Origin: Tubulanus polymorphus
Lineage: Eukaryota; Animalia; Nemertea
NCBI RefSeq assembly: GCF_964204645.1
Contig: NC_134025.1
Coordinates: 24,904,299-24,968,298 of the forward strand
Reading direction: 5' to 3'
DNA: 64,000 nt
In this document: positions 63,931-64,000 of the stretch, piece after piece
Numbering within the stretch: the stretch's first letter is position 1
How the letters are laid out: each line of letters begins with the position of its first letter
Notes under the pieces: generated by a model
Databases searched by the model: none
Told to the model about the DNA's origin: nothing
The model's input: the letters and a program-made list of their open reading frames with translations, nothing else
Position numbers and translations under genes: made by a program

Positions 63931-64000
63931 TAGTTTAATGTGCTCCAGCTGTATATATGTACATGTACGAAATTTGATTTTGTTTTTGAATGAAGAACGA

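Overview
AT-rich, gene-dense eukaryotic DNA from an invertebrate animal (probably spiralian/lophotrochozoan; inference) with short GT-AG introns. Genes in order: equilibrative nucleoside transporter SLC29A/ENT (+), BBOF1 (-), SETD3 (+) with a nested antisense orphan membrane-protein gene, PIGH (+), ST13/Hip (-, intronless CDS), AFG1L (+), CSTF2 (-), MPC1 (+), CCDC83 (-), the nuclear receptor dissatisfaction/NR2E (+) with a long non-coding flank, and the 5' part of ORC3 (+). Several short MITE-like elements are present. Most notable observations: (1) a ~1.1 kb, densely base-paired + strand non-coding element at 58060-59165 whose ends pair with each other, followed by a terminal hairpin and U-run, i.e. 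a 7SK-like architecture about three times the usual size; (2) the SETD3 stop is UGA-CUAG, followed in frame and across an intron by a 78-codon extension ending in a CCVM CaaX box, suggesting readthrough to a prenylated isoform; (3) duplicated alternative last exons encoding the final ENT helix; (4) microexons in MPC1 (4 nt) and BBOF1 (15 nt). All splice models and RNA folds were derived by eye and gene names come from recalled family sequences, not database searches.
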